DNA from: Desulfobacteraceae bacterium
Lineage (GTDB): Bacteria > Desulfobacterota > Desulfobacteria > Desulfobacterales > Desulfosarcinaceae
Assembly: GCA_050291605.1 (NCBI GenBank)
Contig: JBNKKB010000165.1
Location: 121 to 64,120 of the forward strand
Length of the DNA stretch: 64,000 bases
Direction: 5' to 3'
The position numbers and the translations under genes are program-made. This document shows, piece by piece, positions 49,183-58,224 of the stretch (its first letter is position 1; each line of letters begins with the position of its first letter). A model generated the notes under the pieces. It was not told the DNA's origin, did no database searches, and worked only from the letters and a program-made list of their open reading frames with translations.

Positions 49183-50993
49183 TGGACCCACAGACACTGC
49201 ATTTCAAAGGATTCATCTCCGAGATCGATTATCATTTTGCACGATTTATGGCCCGTTTCGAGACCCGTAACCCCGATAGGGTGGCACTGGCTGCGGCGCT
49301 GTTGAGCCGGGCAACGGCCCTGGGACACGTATGTGTCGATTTAAATCACCTTGATGATCCGGGAAGTGTTGAGGATGCAAAAGCGCATCGCCTCGATCTG
49401 GATACGGACCTCGATCTTTGGATGAGCACATTGAACAACGCCTTAACGGTGGGCAGACCGGGTGATTTCAAACCCCTGATCCTGGATGGCAAGCGGCTGT
49501 ATCTGCATCGGTATTGGCAATATGAACAAAGGGTTGCCCATGCGATTTTAAAGCGATGCCGCAGCGTTCGCGTTTCGAACACTACCTGTGACCTGAACGA
49601 TGCGTTGCGGAAGATCTTTTCCGAGGGTGATGACTTGCAGCATCGCGCCATCTTGTCAGCCCTAAACCAAGGTTTCAGCGTCATATCCGGCGGGCCCGGT
49701 ACAGGAAAAACCTATACCATCGCCAAACTGCTTTTGCTTTTGCATAGCGCCGGTCAAGGCCATGATCTGCGTCTCAGGCTGGCGGCTCCCACGGGCAAAG
49801 CCACCATGCGCTTACAGCAATCCATCGAAGCGACCCTATCGGCGATGGGGCACAGCCGGCAGGAAATTCACATGTTCATGGGTGGCGATGTTCAAACATT
49901 GCATCGTTTGCTGGGTGCTTTATCCGATCAATCGGGTTTTCGATACAACGCAGATCACCCGCTGGCAGTGGATGTGGTGATTGTGGATGAAGCTTCGATG
50001 GTTGATTTGGCCATGATGGCAGCGCTAACGGCGGCTTTACCGCCCAAAGCCCAACTGGTTTTGATCGGGGATAAAAACCAGTTGGCATCCGTCGAGGCCG
50101 GTGCTGTTTTAGGCGATATCTGCAGCGGTGTGAATCGCCGGCTACCCAGCAAGGATCGGGAGACAACCGAATGGGGCCGGAACTCGGCTTTGGCCGGCCG
50201 TATAGTCGTTCTCAAAAAAAGTTATCGATTTGCCGCCCATAGCGGGATTGATGACTTGGCTGCCGCGATCAATAACGGTGAGACCGATACGGCACTGGCA
50301 CTTCTAAAAAACAGGGATATTCCAAATATCAGTTTTAAAGCGATCTCCAACCTTTCCATGCTTGAGATGTCGGTCGCCGACCTGGCAACGCGGGCCATCG
50401 CGCCGCTGTTCAATGCCCCGAATCCTCTCGTGGCGTTTGATCGGATGGCGCACCACATGATTTTAACACCACTTCGCCTCGGTCCTTATGGTATGCTGAA
50501 TTTAAACAGGTATGTTGAAAACGCTTTGATAAAAATCGGGCTGATCCCCCAATTGCGTTCGTTGGACGACCCCTGGTATCCCGGGCGTCCTGTGATGATC
50601 GGCCGAAATGACTATTATCACAACCTTTTTAATGGTGACATGGGCGTTGCCATGGCCTCTGGGAAGGATAGTGGTTCACAGGTGACGGTATTTTTCCCGG
50701 ATGGGACAAATGGGATCAAAGCCATCGCTTCCAGCCAACTGCCGCCTCATGAGACGGCATATGCCATGACCGTGCACAAAAGCCAAGGCTCGGAGTTTGA
50801 CCATGTGGTGCTGGTGCTGCCCGATCGAAAGATGGCGCTCTTGACACGCGAGTTGATATACACGGCAGTTACACGGGCGAAACAATCGGTGACGATATGG
50901 GGATCCGAACAAATATTGCGTCAAGGTATTGAACAGCTCACCCGGCGCACTTCCGGTCTTGGATCTTTGCTGTGGAAATCGGCAAAAGATTAA
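49179..50993 (+). CDS. recD: Exodeoxyribonuclease V alpha subunit RecD
   Basis: 604 aa. Motifs GGPGTGKT, VDEASMVD, LIGDKNQLASVEAG and TVHKSQGSEF. Overlaps the recB stop by 4 bp. Confidence 0.9.
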   Translation: MMDPQTLHFKGFISEIDYHFARFMARFETRNPDRVALAAALLSRATALGHVCVDLNHLDDPGSVEDAKAHRLDLDTDLDLWMSTLNNALTVGRPGDFKPLILDGKRLYLHRYWQYEQRVAHAILKRCRSVRVSNTTCDLNDALRKIFSEGDDLQHRAILSALNQGFSVISGGPGTGKTYTIAKLLLLLHSAGQGHDLRLRLAAPTGKATMRLQQSIEATLSAMGHSRQEIHMFMGGDVQTLHRLLGALSDQSGFRYNADHPLAVDVVIVDEASMVDLAMMAALTAALPPKAQLVLIGDKNQLASVEAGAVLGDICSGVNRRLPSKDRETTEWGRNSALAGRIVVLKKSYRFAAHSGIDDLAAAINNGETDTALALLKNRDIPNISFKAISNLSMLEMSVADLATRAIAPLFNAPNPLVAFDRMAHHMILTPLRLGPYGMLNLNRYVENALIKIGLIPQLRSLDDPWYPGRPVMIGRNDYYHNLFNGDMGVAMASGKDSGSQVTVFFPDGTNGIKAIASSQLPPHETAYAMTVHKSQGSEFDHVVLVLPDRKMALLTRELIYTAVTRAKQSVTIWGSEQILRQGIEQLTRRTSGLGSLLWKSAKD

Positions 50994-51132
50994 TTGGAAC
51001 AATCACCTTGATTTCCATAAACCTATCCCATAAAAAGATCGGATTGATTGAAATTGGAGTCGTACGCTAAGTACAGCTTTGCTATCACTATTTGGATTAG
51101 AGACATTTGAAGATAAAAAGCGTGGAACGATA

Positions 51133-52218
51133 ATGGGCATCCCGGAATTGAATATCAACGGATTGGTTAGCAAAACAGCCATTGTGCAGGGCGGGATGGG
51201 CGTGGGGATCTCCATGTCCAGATTGGCCGCTGCCGTTGCCGAAGAGGGCGGTATTGGTGTTATCGCCGCTGCCATGGTCGGCGTTTCCGAACCGGATTGC
51301 CGGTCAAACCCTATCGAAGCCAACATCCGCGTGTTGCGGAAAGAAATTCGCGCGGCCCGCAAGGCCACCAACGGGGTCCTGGGCATCAATATCATTGCAG
51401 CCTTGACCCTTTTTCCGGAGTCGGTTCGCGCTGCCGTTGAAGAAGGTATTGATGTCATATTTTCCGGAGGTGGGTTGCCCCTGGATTTGCCTCAATATCT
51501 GAACGATAGTGCCCATACCAAGCTCGTACCCATTGTTTCATCAGCCCGCGCCGCCAGATTACTTTATCAAAAATGGCTTCAGAAATTTGATTATCTGCCG
51601 GATGCTTTTGTTCTGGAGGGACCCAAAGCCGGCGGTCACTTGGGATTTAAAACAGGGCAAATCGAAGATCCGCGATTTGCGCTTGAACACCTTTTAAATG
51701 AGGTGTTGAATTTTGTTAAAACCATCGAGGATAAGCACAATCGCTCCATTCCTGTGATTGCCGCAGGTGGGATATTCAGCGGTGCAGATATTGCTAAGTT
51801 TCTCCAATTGGGGGCCGCAGGAGTTCAAATGGGCACCCGTTTTGTGGCCACCCACGAATGTGATGCCGATCCGGATTTCAAGCAGGCTTACCTGGAAGCC
51901 AAGAAAGAAGACTTGGTTCTCATCGAGAGTCCTTTAGGGCTTCCCGGCCGGGCGCTTAGAAACCAGTTTATCAATGCAGTTGCAGATGGCGCCAAGAAAC
52001 CGTTCAAGTGCGTCTACCACTGCATCAAACCCTGCAAACCTGAAAACAGCCCTTACTGCATTGCTTTGGCCTTGGCAGCCGCAAAAAAAGGGGTGTTCAA
52101 ACACGGTTTTGCCTTTGCCGGCGCCAATGCCCATCGTGTGGATAAAATTGTTTCGGTTAAGGAGCTGTTTGAATCCTTGCGCAACGAGTACAACCAGGCA
52201 GAGTCGGCTAATCATTAA
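51133..52218 (+). CDS. Nitronate monooxygenase family FMN oxidoreductase (FabK-like)
   Basis: Motifs IVQGGMGVGIS, GGGLP, LEGPKAGGHLG, AAGGI..G and GVQMGTRF. Start at the ATG at 51133. Confidence 0.8.
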   Translation: MGIPELNINGLVSKTAIVQGGMGVGISMSRLAAAVAEEGGIGVIAAAMVGVSEPDCRSNPIEANIRVLRKEIRAARKATNGVLGINIIAALTLFPESVRAAVEEGIDVIFSGGGLPLDLPQYLNDSAHTKLVPIVSSARAARLLYQKWLQKFDYLPDAFVLEGPKAGGHLGFKTGQIEDPRFALEHLLNEVLNFVKTIEDKHNRSIPVIAAGGIFSGADIAKFLQLGAAGVQMGTRFVATHECDADPDFKQAYLEAKKEDLVLIESPLGLPGRALRNQFINAVADGAKKPFKCVYHCIKPCKPENSPYCIALALAAAKKGVFKHGFAFAGANAHRVDKIVSVKELFESLRNEYNQAESANH

Positions 52219-53830
52219 AGAGCAGGTTAAGGTAGTGCTTTGAGATGGTGTCCGCATCATCAAAGCGATGCAGGGTGTTGCCGTTTTTCTGTGCGATTTG
52301 GTTGCGCAGATCAGAGGCAACGGTCTTGCCCAATTGCACACCGAATTGATCAAATCCATTGATTCCCCAGATGAAGCTTTCATATACGGTGCGCGCTTCA
52401 TAGAAGCTGAGCAGCCGGCCCACGTTGCGAGGTTCCAGATCTTCTAGAATAAGAGTGGAGGAGGGGCGGTTGCCGCTGAAATGCCGAGATGGGTCGCGCA
52501 GGTTGTCTTCTCCCATGGCCAGCGCCTGGGCCTGGGCCAGCATATTGGCCCACAACTCTTGGTGATTGCTGACACCTTTGGACAGCACCGGGTAAGGTCC
52601 GTATTGCGGTTTGAGCACGCCAATGAAATCGATGGGAAAAGGCCGGCCCTGGTGGGCCAATTGGAAAAAAGAGTGCTGGGCATTGGTACCCGGCTCGCCG
52701 AACAGGATGGTACCCGCCGGCTCGGGTAACACTTGCCCCTGGATATCCACAGATTTGCCATTGCTTTCCATGTTAAGCTGCTGAACATGAGGCGCCAATT
52801 TGGCCAACGGGCTGGCATAGGGGATGATGGCCTGTTGCTGATAGCCCATGTAAGTGGTGTTCCAGACAGAGATCAATGCAGCCAGCAGCGGCAAATTATC
52901 CTCTACCGGTGCCTCACAAGCATGCCTATCCATCTCTTGTGCGCCTTTTAGGAAGCTTTCAAAGCGATCGTATCCCAGATAGAGGCTTAGGGGAACACCC
53001 CCGACAGCTGACGTTACGCTGTAGCGGCCGCCAATAAAGTCAAACATATGAAAAGCGTGCAGAACGGGTTTTTGCGGATTGTCTCCGGGGCTGCCTTTGG
53101 CGGTAACTGTAACCATGTGGCTGGCCGGATCCAGCCGATAGCGGTCCAAATGGTGCAACACGAGGGCGGTGTTGGCCATGGTCTCCGCCGTCGTGTAGCT
53201 TTTTGAGATGATCACCCAGAGGGTGGCCTCAGGATCGATGGCCTGGGAGATTGCACCAAAGTTGTGGATATCCACATTGGACAGATAGTGCAAACGCATC
53301 CCTTTATCGGCATTCACGGCCAGTGCGTTGGAAACAAAAGCCGTACCCAGATAGGAGCCGCCAATGCCGACTACGACCACATGTTTAAACGCTTTGCCGG
53401 TGGTGCCGGTGATGGTCCCTTTGCGTACTTTTTCACTAAACGTACGCATTTCTTGTCGCACCCGATGGATATCCGGCATGATATCTTTACCATCGACCCA
53501 CAATGGGGTGTGGTCAAAACACCTTGAAGCAGTGTGCAGCACGGATCGTTTTTCGGTAACATTGATCTGATCGCCGCGACACATCCGTTCAAAGCGATGC
53601 CTCAGCTTGAGTTTTGAGGCCGTGGTTATCAGTAAAGCCAAGCTGTCTTTATCAACCCGCTGGCGCGAATAGTCATAAAAAAGGCCTGCTCCGCTGCACG
53701 AGAAAGCGTTCAATCGGTCGGGTGCGAACAACAAGTGGCGCAAATGGTTGTCCGGTTGCTGCATGCGTGCAGCGTGATGCTGGAGATCGGCATGCAGATC
53801 GAGTTGGTCTATGCGATAGGGGTTCGGCAT
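52208..53830 (-). CDS. pgi: Glucose-6-phosphate isomerase
   Basis: 540 aa. Motifs VVVGIGGSYLG, FIGGRYSVTSAVG, QQLNMESNGK and HQGRPFPIDFIG. Its 3' end overlaps the convergent NMO gene by 11 bp. Confidence 0.93.
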   Translation of the reverse strand: MPNPYRIDQLDLHADLQHHAARMQQPDNHLRHLLFAPDRLNAFSCSGAGLFYDYSRQRVDKDSLALLITTASKLKLRHRFERMCRGDQINVTEKRSVLHTASRCFDHTPLWVDGKDIMPDIHRVRQEMRTFSEKVRKGTITGTTGKAFKHVVVVGIGGSYLGTAFVSNALAVNADKGMRLHYLSNVDIHNFGAISQAIDPEATLWVIISKSYTTAETMANTALVLHHLDRYRLDPASHMVTVTAKGSPGDNPQKPVLHAFHMFDFIGGRYSVTSAVGGVPLSLYLGYDRFESFLKGAQEMDRHACEAPVEDNLPLLAALISVWNTTYMGYQQQAIIPYASPLAKLAPHVQQLNMESNGKSVDIQGQVLPEPAGTILFGEPGTNAQHSFFQLAHQGRPFPIDFIGVLKPQYGPYPVLSKGVSNHQELWANMLAQAQALAMGEDNLRDPSRHFSGNRPSSTLILEDLEPRNVGRLLSFYEARTVYESFIWGINGFDQFGVQLGKTVASDLRNQIAQKNGNTLHRFDDADTISKHYLNLLFND

Positions 53831-53841
53831 CTTAAAGGATC

Positions 53842-54486
53842 CTATGGATTGGGGGTTTGGCCGGATGAGAGCTGGCGATAGAGGTCGTCAATGACGACCT
53901 GGTAAATTTGGGATACTGCCCGGCTCATCGCTAGGGCGAAGTCTCCCGGCTTTTTACCTTTTAGCGGGGACCGGGCTTGATAGCTTTTCTGGAGTAAAAT
54001 GCTCTGGCGCGGATCACTGTTCGATTCAGTTTTGAGTGTAATGTGCAACCGTGCATATGCATTACGTGACGAAGCGTTGTCAATTTCCACAAATTTTTCT
54101 ACCCAGCCATGCAGCTCATGGGTTGCCGGTAAAATGGCATCCGGTGTTAAGATGGTTTGCAAGGCACCCGAATATTTTATGTCGCGGGCGAGCACAAATG
54201 GCAGCAGTTCTCCAGGGGATACAATCCATTGGTGATAACCGTAACCGTTTCGATGCATCCCGTTATCGGCATAAATCATACGTTGTGAATTGAAGGGAGG
54301 GCTGGCGCTGAACCGATGCACGCGCAGAACGACTGGCAGAGATTTATCATAGAGCGTCGGTTGGGGTTCATAGTCGATGGTATAGTAGTATATGGGGTTG
54401 GATGCAGAAGTGCGGCCCATGCAGGAAAGCAGTAAGGATGGTAACAATAGAAGCAGGAGACCCGGAATCATGCGTCGGCGCGTCAT
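53842..54486 (-). CDS. ABC-transport auxiliary lipoprotein (PqiC/DUF330-like)
   Basis: 214 aa with lipobox LLLSC. It sits directly downstream of the MlaD/MCE gene, as in Pqi/Mla-type operons. Confidence 0.65.
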   Translation of the reverse strand: MTRRRMIPGLLLLLLPSLLLSCMGRTSASNPIYYYTIDYEPQPTLYDKSLPVVLRVHRFSASPPFNSQRMIYADNGMHRNGYGYHQWIVSPGELLPFVLARDIKYSGALQTILTPDAILPATHELHGWVEKFVEIDNASSRNAYARLHITLKTESNSDPRQSILLQKSYQARSPLKGKKPGDFALAMSRAVSQIYQVVIDDLYRQLSSGQTPNP

Positions 54487-54545
54487 ATAGTTGCCTTTCT
54501 ATTTCGGGTTTGTCGAATAAACATCATCTCTGAGAATAATCCTCA

Positions 54546-55556
54546 TTAGGGGGGGGAGGGTTTTTCCGGTTGCGGCCCACCGAAAACAAGCTGGGAGGGT
54601 TGGCTTGCCACTTCCGATAACAACCGATTCAATGTAGTTGTGGCTTGTTCGATGCGTGTCAGGGTGACCATCATTTGACGTTGGAGATGATCAACCTGCT
54701 GATCGGTATTTCCCAATAAGCTAGCGGCCGCTTGCATGCTTTTTTTAATATCTTGGGCGGCGACCTTTAATTCGGCTGTGATTTGATTCACATCTTGACC
54801 GCTTGCGGTCAAAACGCCATCGAGATGGGTGACCGTTTGCCGAATCTCATCGATGCCGCCGTCTGCATTGCCTGCCATTTTATCCACACCGCCGGCAGCC
54901 TTTTCAATGGCGCTCAGCATGCGATTGAAAGGTTCCGGTTGCACCAGTCGCTGGACGTTAAGCACCGCTGTGTGCACATCCGATGCAAGGGTGACCAATT
55001 CCGCCTGGTCAATGGCCGTGTTAATTTTAGACAGGGCGCTAGTGAGCTGCCTCGATATTTCATCGGCATCCAATGCGCGAAATAAAGCAATAATGTCTTC
55101 GATGCCCTTGAACAGTTTAGAGATTTCCGAAGCGCGCGTTGGAATAACCGTATGCGGCGGTGCAAAAGAAAATGGAGGAACAACATCCGGGACTTTGGCG
55201 CCGCGCTGTTCCAATTCAATGAACATCAAACCTGTGATGCCCACGGATTTGAGTTGGGCCACAATATCTTCACTACCGTGATGGGGCCGGAAATCCGTTT
55301 CTATTTTTAAGACCACTTCGATCAGTTCACCGTCCGGTGCCACGCCGATTTTATTGACGCGTCCGATACGAACACCTCTATATTTCACGGGTGAATCCTG
55401 GTCCAACCCTTGAACCGACTCATCAAAATAGGCCACAAAAAAGCTGCCTTTTTCAAAGTAGTTGGACATGCCCAACCAAACCACCGCTACAACCACTACG
55501 GATAGGCCACAGATCAAAAACAGCCCCACACTGAATGTTGTCTTTACCGATGCCAT
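54546..55556 (-). CDS. MlaD/MCE-domain substrate-binding protein with long helical C-terminal extension
   Basis: N-terminal TM segment, then an MCE core (VKYRGVRIGRVNKIGVAPDG..IEVVLKI). Overlaps mlaF by 13 bp. Confidence 0.82.
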   Translation of the reverse strand: MASVKTTFSVGLFLICGLSVVVVAVVWLGMSNYFEKGSFFVAYFDESVQGLDQDSPVKYRGVRIGRVNKIGVAPDGELIEVVLKIETDFRPHHGSEDIVAQLKSVGITGLMFIELEQRGAKVPDVVPPFSFAPPHTVIPTRASEISKLFKGIEDIIALFRALDADEISRQLTSALSKINTAIDQAELVTLASDVHTAVLNVQRLVQPEPFNRMLSAIEKAAGGVDKMAGNADGGIDEIRQTVTHLDGVLTASGQDVNQITAELKVAAQDIKKSMQAAASLLGNTDQQVDHLQRQMMVTLTRIEQATTTLNRLLSEVASQPSQLVFGGPQPEKPSPP

Positions 55557-56329
55557 GCTTGCCTTTGCGAGATTCTTGCTTGACGGTTAAAAAACTGTCT
55601 GACCAAGGGTTCGGGACTTTTCTCTTTTAGCGCATGGGGATCGCCCTGGGCGATAACGCCTTTGGCTGATTTATCCAGCATAATGATGCGATGCGCAACC
55701 TTAAAGATGATATTCAGGGAATGGGTGATGATGATCATAGTGGTACCCATACTGTGGTTGATACGAAGTATTAATTCTTCAATTTCAGCGGAAATTACCG
55801 GATCCAACCCTGCAGTGGGCTCATCTAAAAAAAGGATTTCCGGATTCAATGCCAAGGCACGGGCCAAAGCGGCGCGTTTGATCATGCCGCCGCTGAGTTC
55901 CGATGGCAGGTGGTCTCCATAACCCCCGAGATCGACACTGCACAGTTTCATCCGTACCAGATTGGCCACTGCCGAAGGTTTCAGCTCAGTGTACTCTTGG
56001 ATGGGCAAGGCGACGTTTTCGGCAATGGTCATGGAACCAAAGAGCGCACCCCCCTGGAAAAGTATGCCGATTTTGCGTAGAGCCGCTTCAAAAGATGTCT
56101 GATCTCCGTCGGTAATGTCGTGGCCCTCGATGGCAATACGGCCTGCTGCGGGTGGATTCAACCCCACCATATGTCTCAGCAGTGTGGTCTTGCCGCAACC
56201 GCTGCCGCCGATGATGGCTAGAATTTCGCCTTGGAAGACATCGATATTGACATCCTTCAAAATGGTGGCCTCACCATATTTGGCTTCTAGTTCACGGACC
56301 TCAATGAGGGTTTGGGACTCAGCGTTCAT
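55544..56329 (-). CDS. ABC transporter ATP-binding protein (MlaF-like)
   Basis: Walker A GGSGCGKTT, signature LSGGMIKR and Walker B ILFLDEPT. The ATG at 56329 is preferred to the TTG at 56338. Confidence 0.9.
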   Translation of the reverse strand: MNAESQTLIEVRELEAKYGEATILKDVNIDVFQGEILAIIGGSGCGKTTLLRHMVGLNPPAAGRIAIEGHDITDGDQTSFEAALRKIGILFQGGALFGSMTIAENVALPIQEYTELKPSAVANLVRMKLCSVDLGGYGDHLPSELSGGMIKRAALARALALNPEILFLDEPTAGLDPVISAEIEELILRINHSMGTTMIIITHSLNIIFKVAHRIIMLDKSAKGVIAQGDPHALKEKSPEPLVRQFFNRQARISQRQAWHR

Positions 56330-56331
56330 GG

Positions 56332-57474
56332 CTACCAATAGCTACGGATGACGGCAAAAATCGAATCGAATAAAATAATTAAAAAAATACCTGAAACCAC
56401 TGCTGAGGTAGCGGCGTTTCCCACCTCCGAAGCGCCACCGCGGACCTGAAAACCACGCAAACAGCCAATCCATGCAATCAAAGCGGCGAAAATGAGGCTC
56501 TTCGTCAATCCCCACACAAATTCGAAAAAAGTCAGCGCTTTAAGTGTCTGGGCGATATAGGTGCCGATGGTCAGATCGAGCATGGTGACGCTGATGACCA
56601 TCCCGCCTACAATGGCGAACAAATCAGAGAAAAGGGTCAACAGCGGCACCATGATGATGGCGGCCACGATTCGTGGCACGACCAAAAAGAGAGTGGGCGA
56701 TATGCCCATGGTAAAGAGGGCGTCAATCTCATCTGAAATGCGCATGGTGCCGATCTCAGCGGCAAACGCAGATCCTGAGCGACCGGCCACGACAATAGCG
56801 GTCATAATCGGCCCCAGCTCGGAAACCATGGCCAGTGCAACCAGGGATGCGACAAATATGCTGGCGCCGAACTGGGCCAGCTGCAGACTCGAAACAAATG
56901 CCATGATCAGGCCCAGCAGGAAACTGATGAGTCCAACAATGGGAAGCGCATCCACTCCAATTTTTTGCATTAAAGTGACGGTATCGTTAAAGCGCAATGA
57001 CTTGGGGTGCAGACAGGTATGCATCAAACACAGGAACACCGAGCCCAGAAATGAGACTAAAAAACGAATGTTATAGGCTTGTCTGATGGCGCTCGCACCG
57101 AATCGAAGGATAAGCGGGGCTGCCTTCTTCGGTTCAATGGGCCTGCAGGCGGTGGGATCGTCAAAATTGGTCAGTGCAATGACCTCCGCCGCTTTGGGTG
57201 GAGGCTGGACCAGGTTGAAAGGGATTTTATTTTTATTCAATTGGTTGCGAAGTTCAGACAGTACCAGGACACCGTAGTCATCAAAGTAAGTGATGCGGTT
57301 TAGGTCAACAGCAACCCGTGTGGGCTTGCGGATTTGAATTTCAGCACTCAGCTCCTCGAGGAGTCCTGACGCCACATGATGATCAATGCGGCCGATAAAT
57401 TGGATGCCGATGGCGCCATCTTTGCTGGCGACCAGTTGGTAGGCCTGTTCTGCTGCGGGCACAGCATCGGTCAT
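56332..57474 (-). CDS. MlaE-family ABC permease with N-terminal STAS domain
   Basis: 380 aa. The first ~105 aa are STAS-like (VAVDLNRITYFDDYGVLVLSEL). The rest is a 5-6 TM MlaE-like permease. AAGGTGG lies upstream of the ATG. Confidence 0.82.
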   Translation of the reverse strand: MTDAVPAAEQAYQLVASKDGAIGIQFIGRIDHHVASGLLEELSAEIQIRKPTRVAVDLNRITYFDDYGVLVLSELRNQLNKNKIPFNLVQPPPKAAEVIALTNFDDPTACRPIEPKKAAPLILRFGASAIRQAYNIRFLVSFLGSVFLCLMHTCLHPKSLRFNDTVTLMQKIGVDALPIVGLISFLLGLIMAFVSSLQLAQFGASIFVASLVALAMVSELGPIMTAIVVAGRSGSAFAAEIGTMRISDEIDALFTMGISPTLFLVVPRIVAAIIMVPLLTLFSDLFAIVGGMVISVTMLDLTIGTYIAQTLKALTFFEFVWGLTKSLIFAALIAWIGCLRGFQVRGGASEVGNAATSAVVSGIFLIILFDSIFAVIRSYW

Positions 57475-57500
57475 GCAACCACCTTATGGACGATGCAATC

Positions 57501-57743
57501 TCAGGGTTTGTTCAGCCCTTCATCCAACAAAACAGTATAGGGTTCCAAGTCGGAGAAACGGCGTGTGGTGACAACCCCAAGCGCCAAACGCCTTTGGACG
57601 AGATCCAAGGTGCGGCAGTTTTCGCTGCAACCGGGGAAGCCGGGCTGATCATCGCATTGTCTGCATGGGCTCTTTATTAAATAGCCATTTTCAAAATCAA
57701 ATATTTTTTGGGGTATGCCGGCGTATCGGACCATTGGGTGCAA
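57501..57743 (-). CDS. Small Cys-containing hypothetical protein
   Basis: 80-aa ORF ending 26 nt upstream of the STAS-MlaE start. Contains CRQC....C...C. No family recognised. Confidence 0.4.
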   Translation of the reverse strand: MHPMVRYAGIPQKIFDFENGYLIKSPCRQCDDQPGFPGCSENCRTLDLVQRRLALGVVTTRRFSDLEPYTVLLDEGLNKP

Positions 57744-57897
57744 CCTTTTGCTTTGACGCTTATAATTGGTAATAGAATGCGTGCCTCAAATGAAAAATTA
57801 CGATTCAACCGGTCGTGCGCAGGATGGATTTGGCACATAGATTTGAGTAAAGATAACAGAAAATGCCATCTAAAACAAGATTGAGATGGATGCGATT

Positions 57898-58206
57898 TTA
57901 TAACTTATCGATGATTTGTTGGATATCTTGAGTCGCCGAGATGTAATCATCGGTATCGTGATGGGGGGATGTTGTTAAAGCGTTTAACGTTGATCTTAAC
58001 TGGTCGGCTTCTTTGTTTTGGCTTAAATGATAATTGCACAACAGGTTAATGGCTTGGAAAAGTACATTCTCTTGCAACGTGGGCATCCACTTACCCGCTT
58101 TGGCCAGTAGTTGCATGGCAATAGCGTATTCTTTTTGTTTGTATTGCAACACGGCTTTGGAAAAGACAGCGGGTGCGGAAATTTGTTTGAAAAATCGAAT
58201 GAGCAT
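57898..58206 (-). CDS. Hypothetical helical protein at the 3' end of the pilin operon
   Basis: 102-aa ORF starting 18 nt after the 928-aa gene stop. Helical/TPR-like composition; no motif recognised. Confidence 0.45.
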   Translation of the reverse strand: MLIRFFKQISAPAVFSKAVLQYKQKEYAIAMQLLAKAGKWMPTLQENVLFQAINLLCNYHLSQNKEADQLRSTLNALTTSPHHDTDDYISATQDIQQIIDKL

Positions 58207-58224
58207 GGACGATGATGCCCCTGG

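Noticed and set aside
52208-52218. 11-bp overlap of the convergent 3' ends of the NMO gene and pgi.
   Set aside because: Both stops are unambiguous and both C-termini look intact. Small convergent overlaps occur in compact genomes. The only implication is the lack of a terminator between the two genes.
54549-54556. G8 tract at the 3' end of the MlaD/MCE gene.
   Set aside because: It affects only the last 3-4 codons (..PSPP*), so slippage would have negligible consequence.
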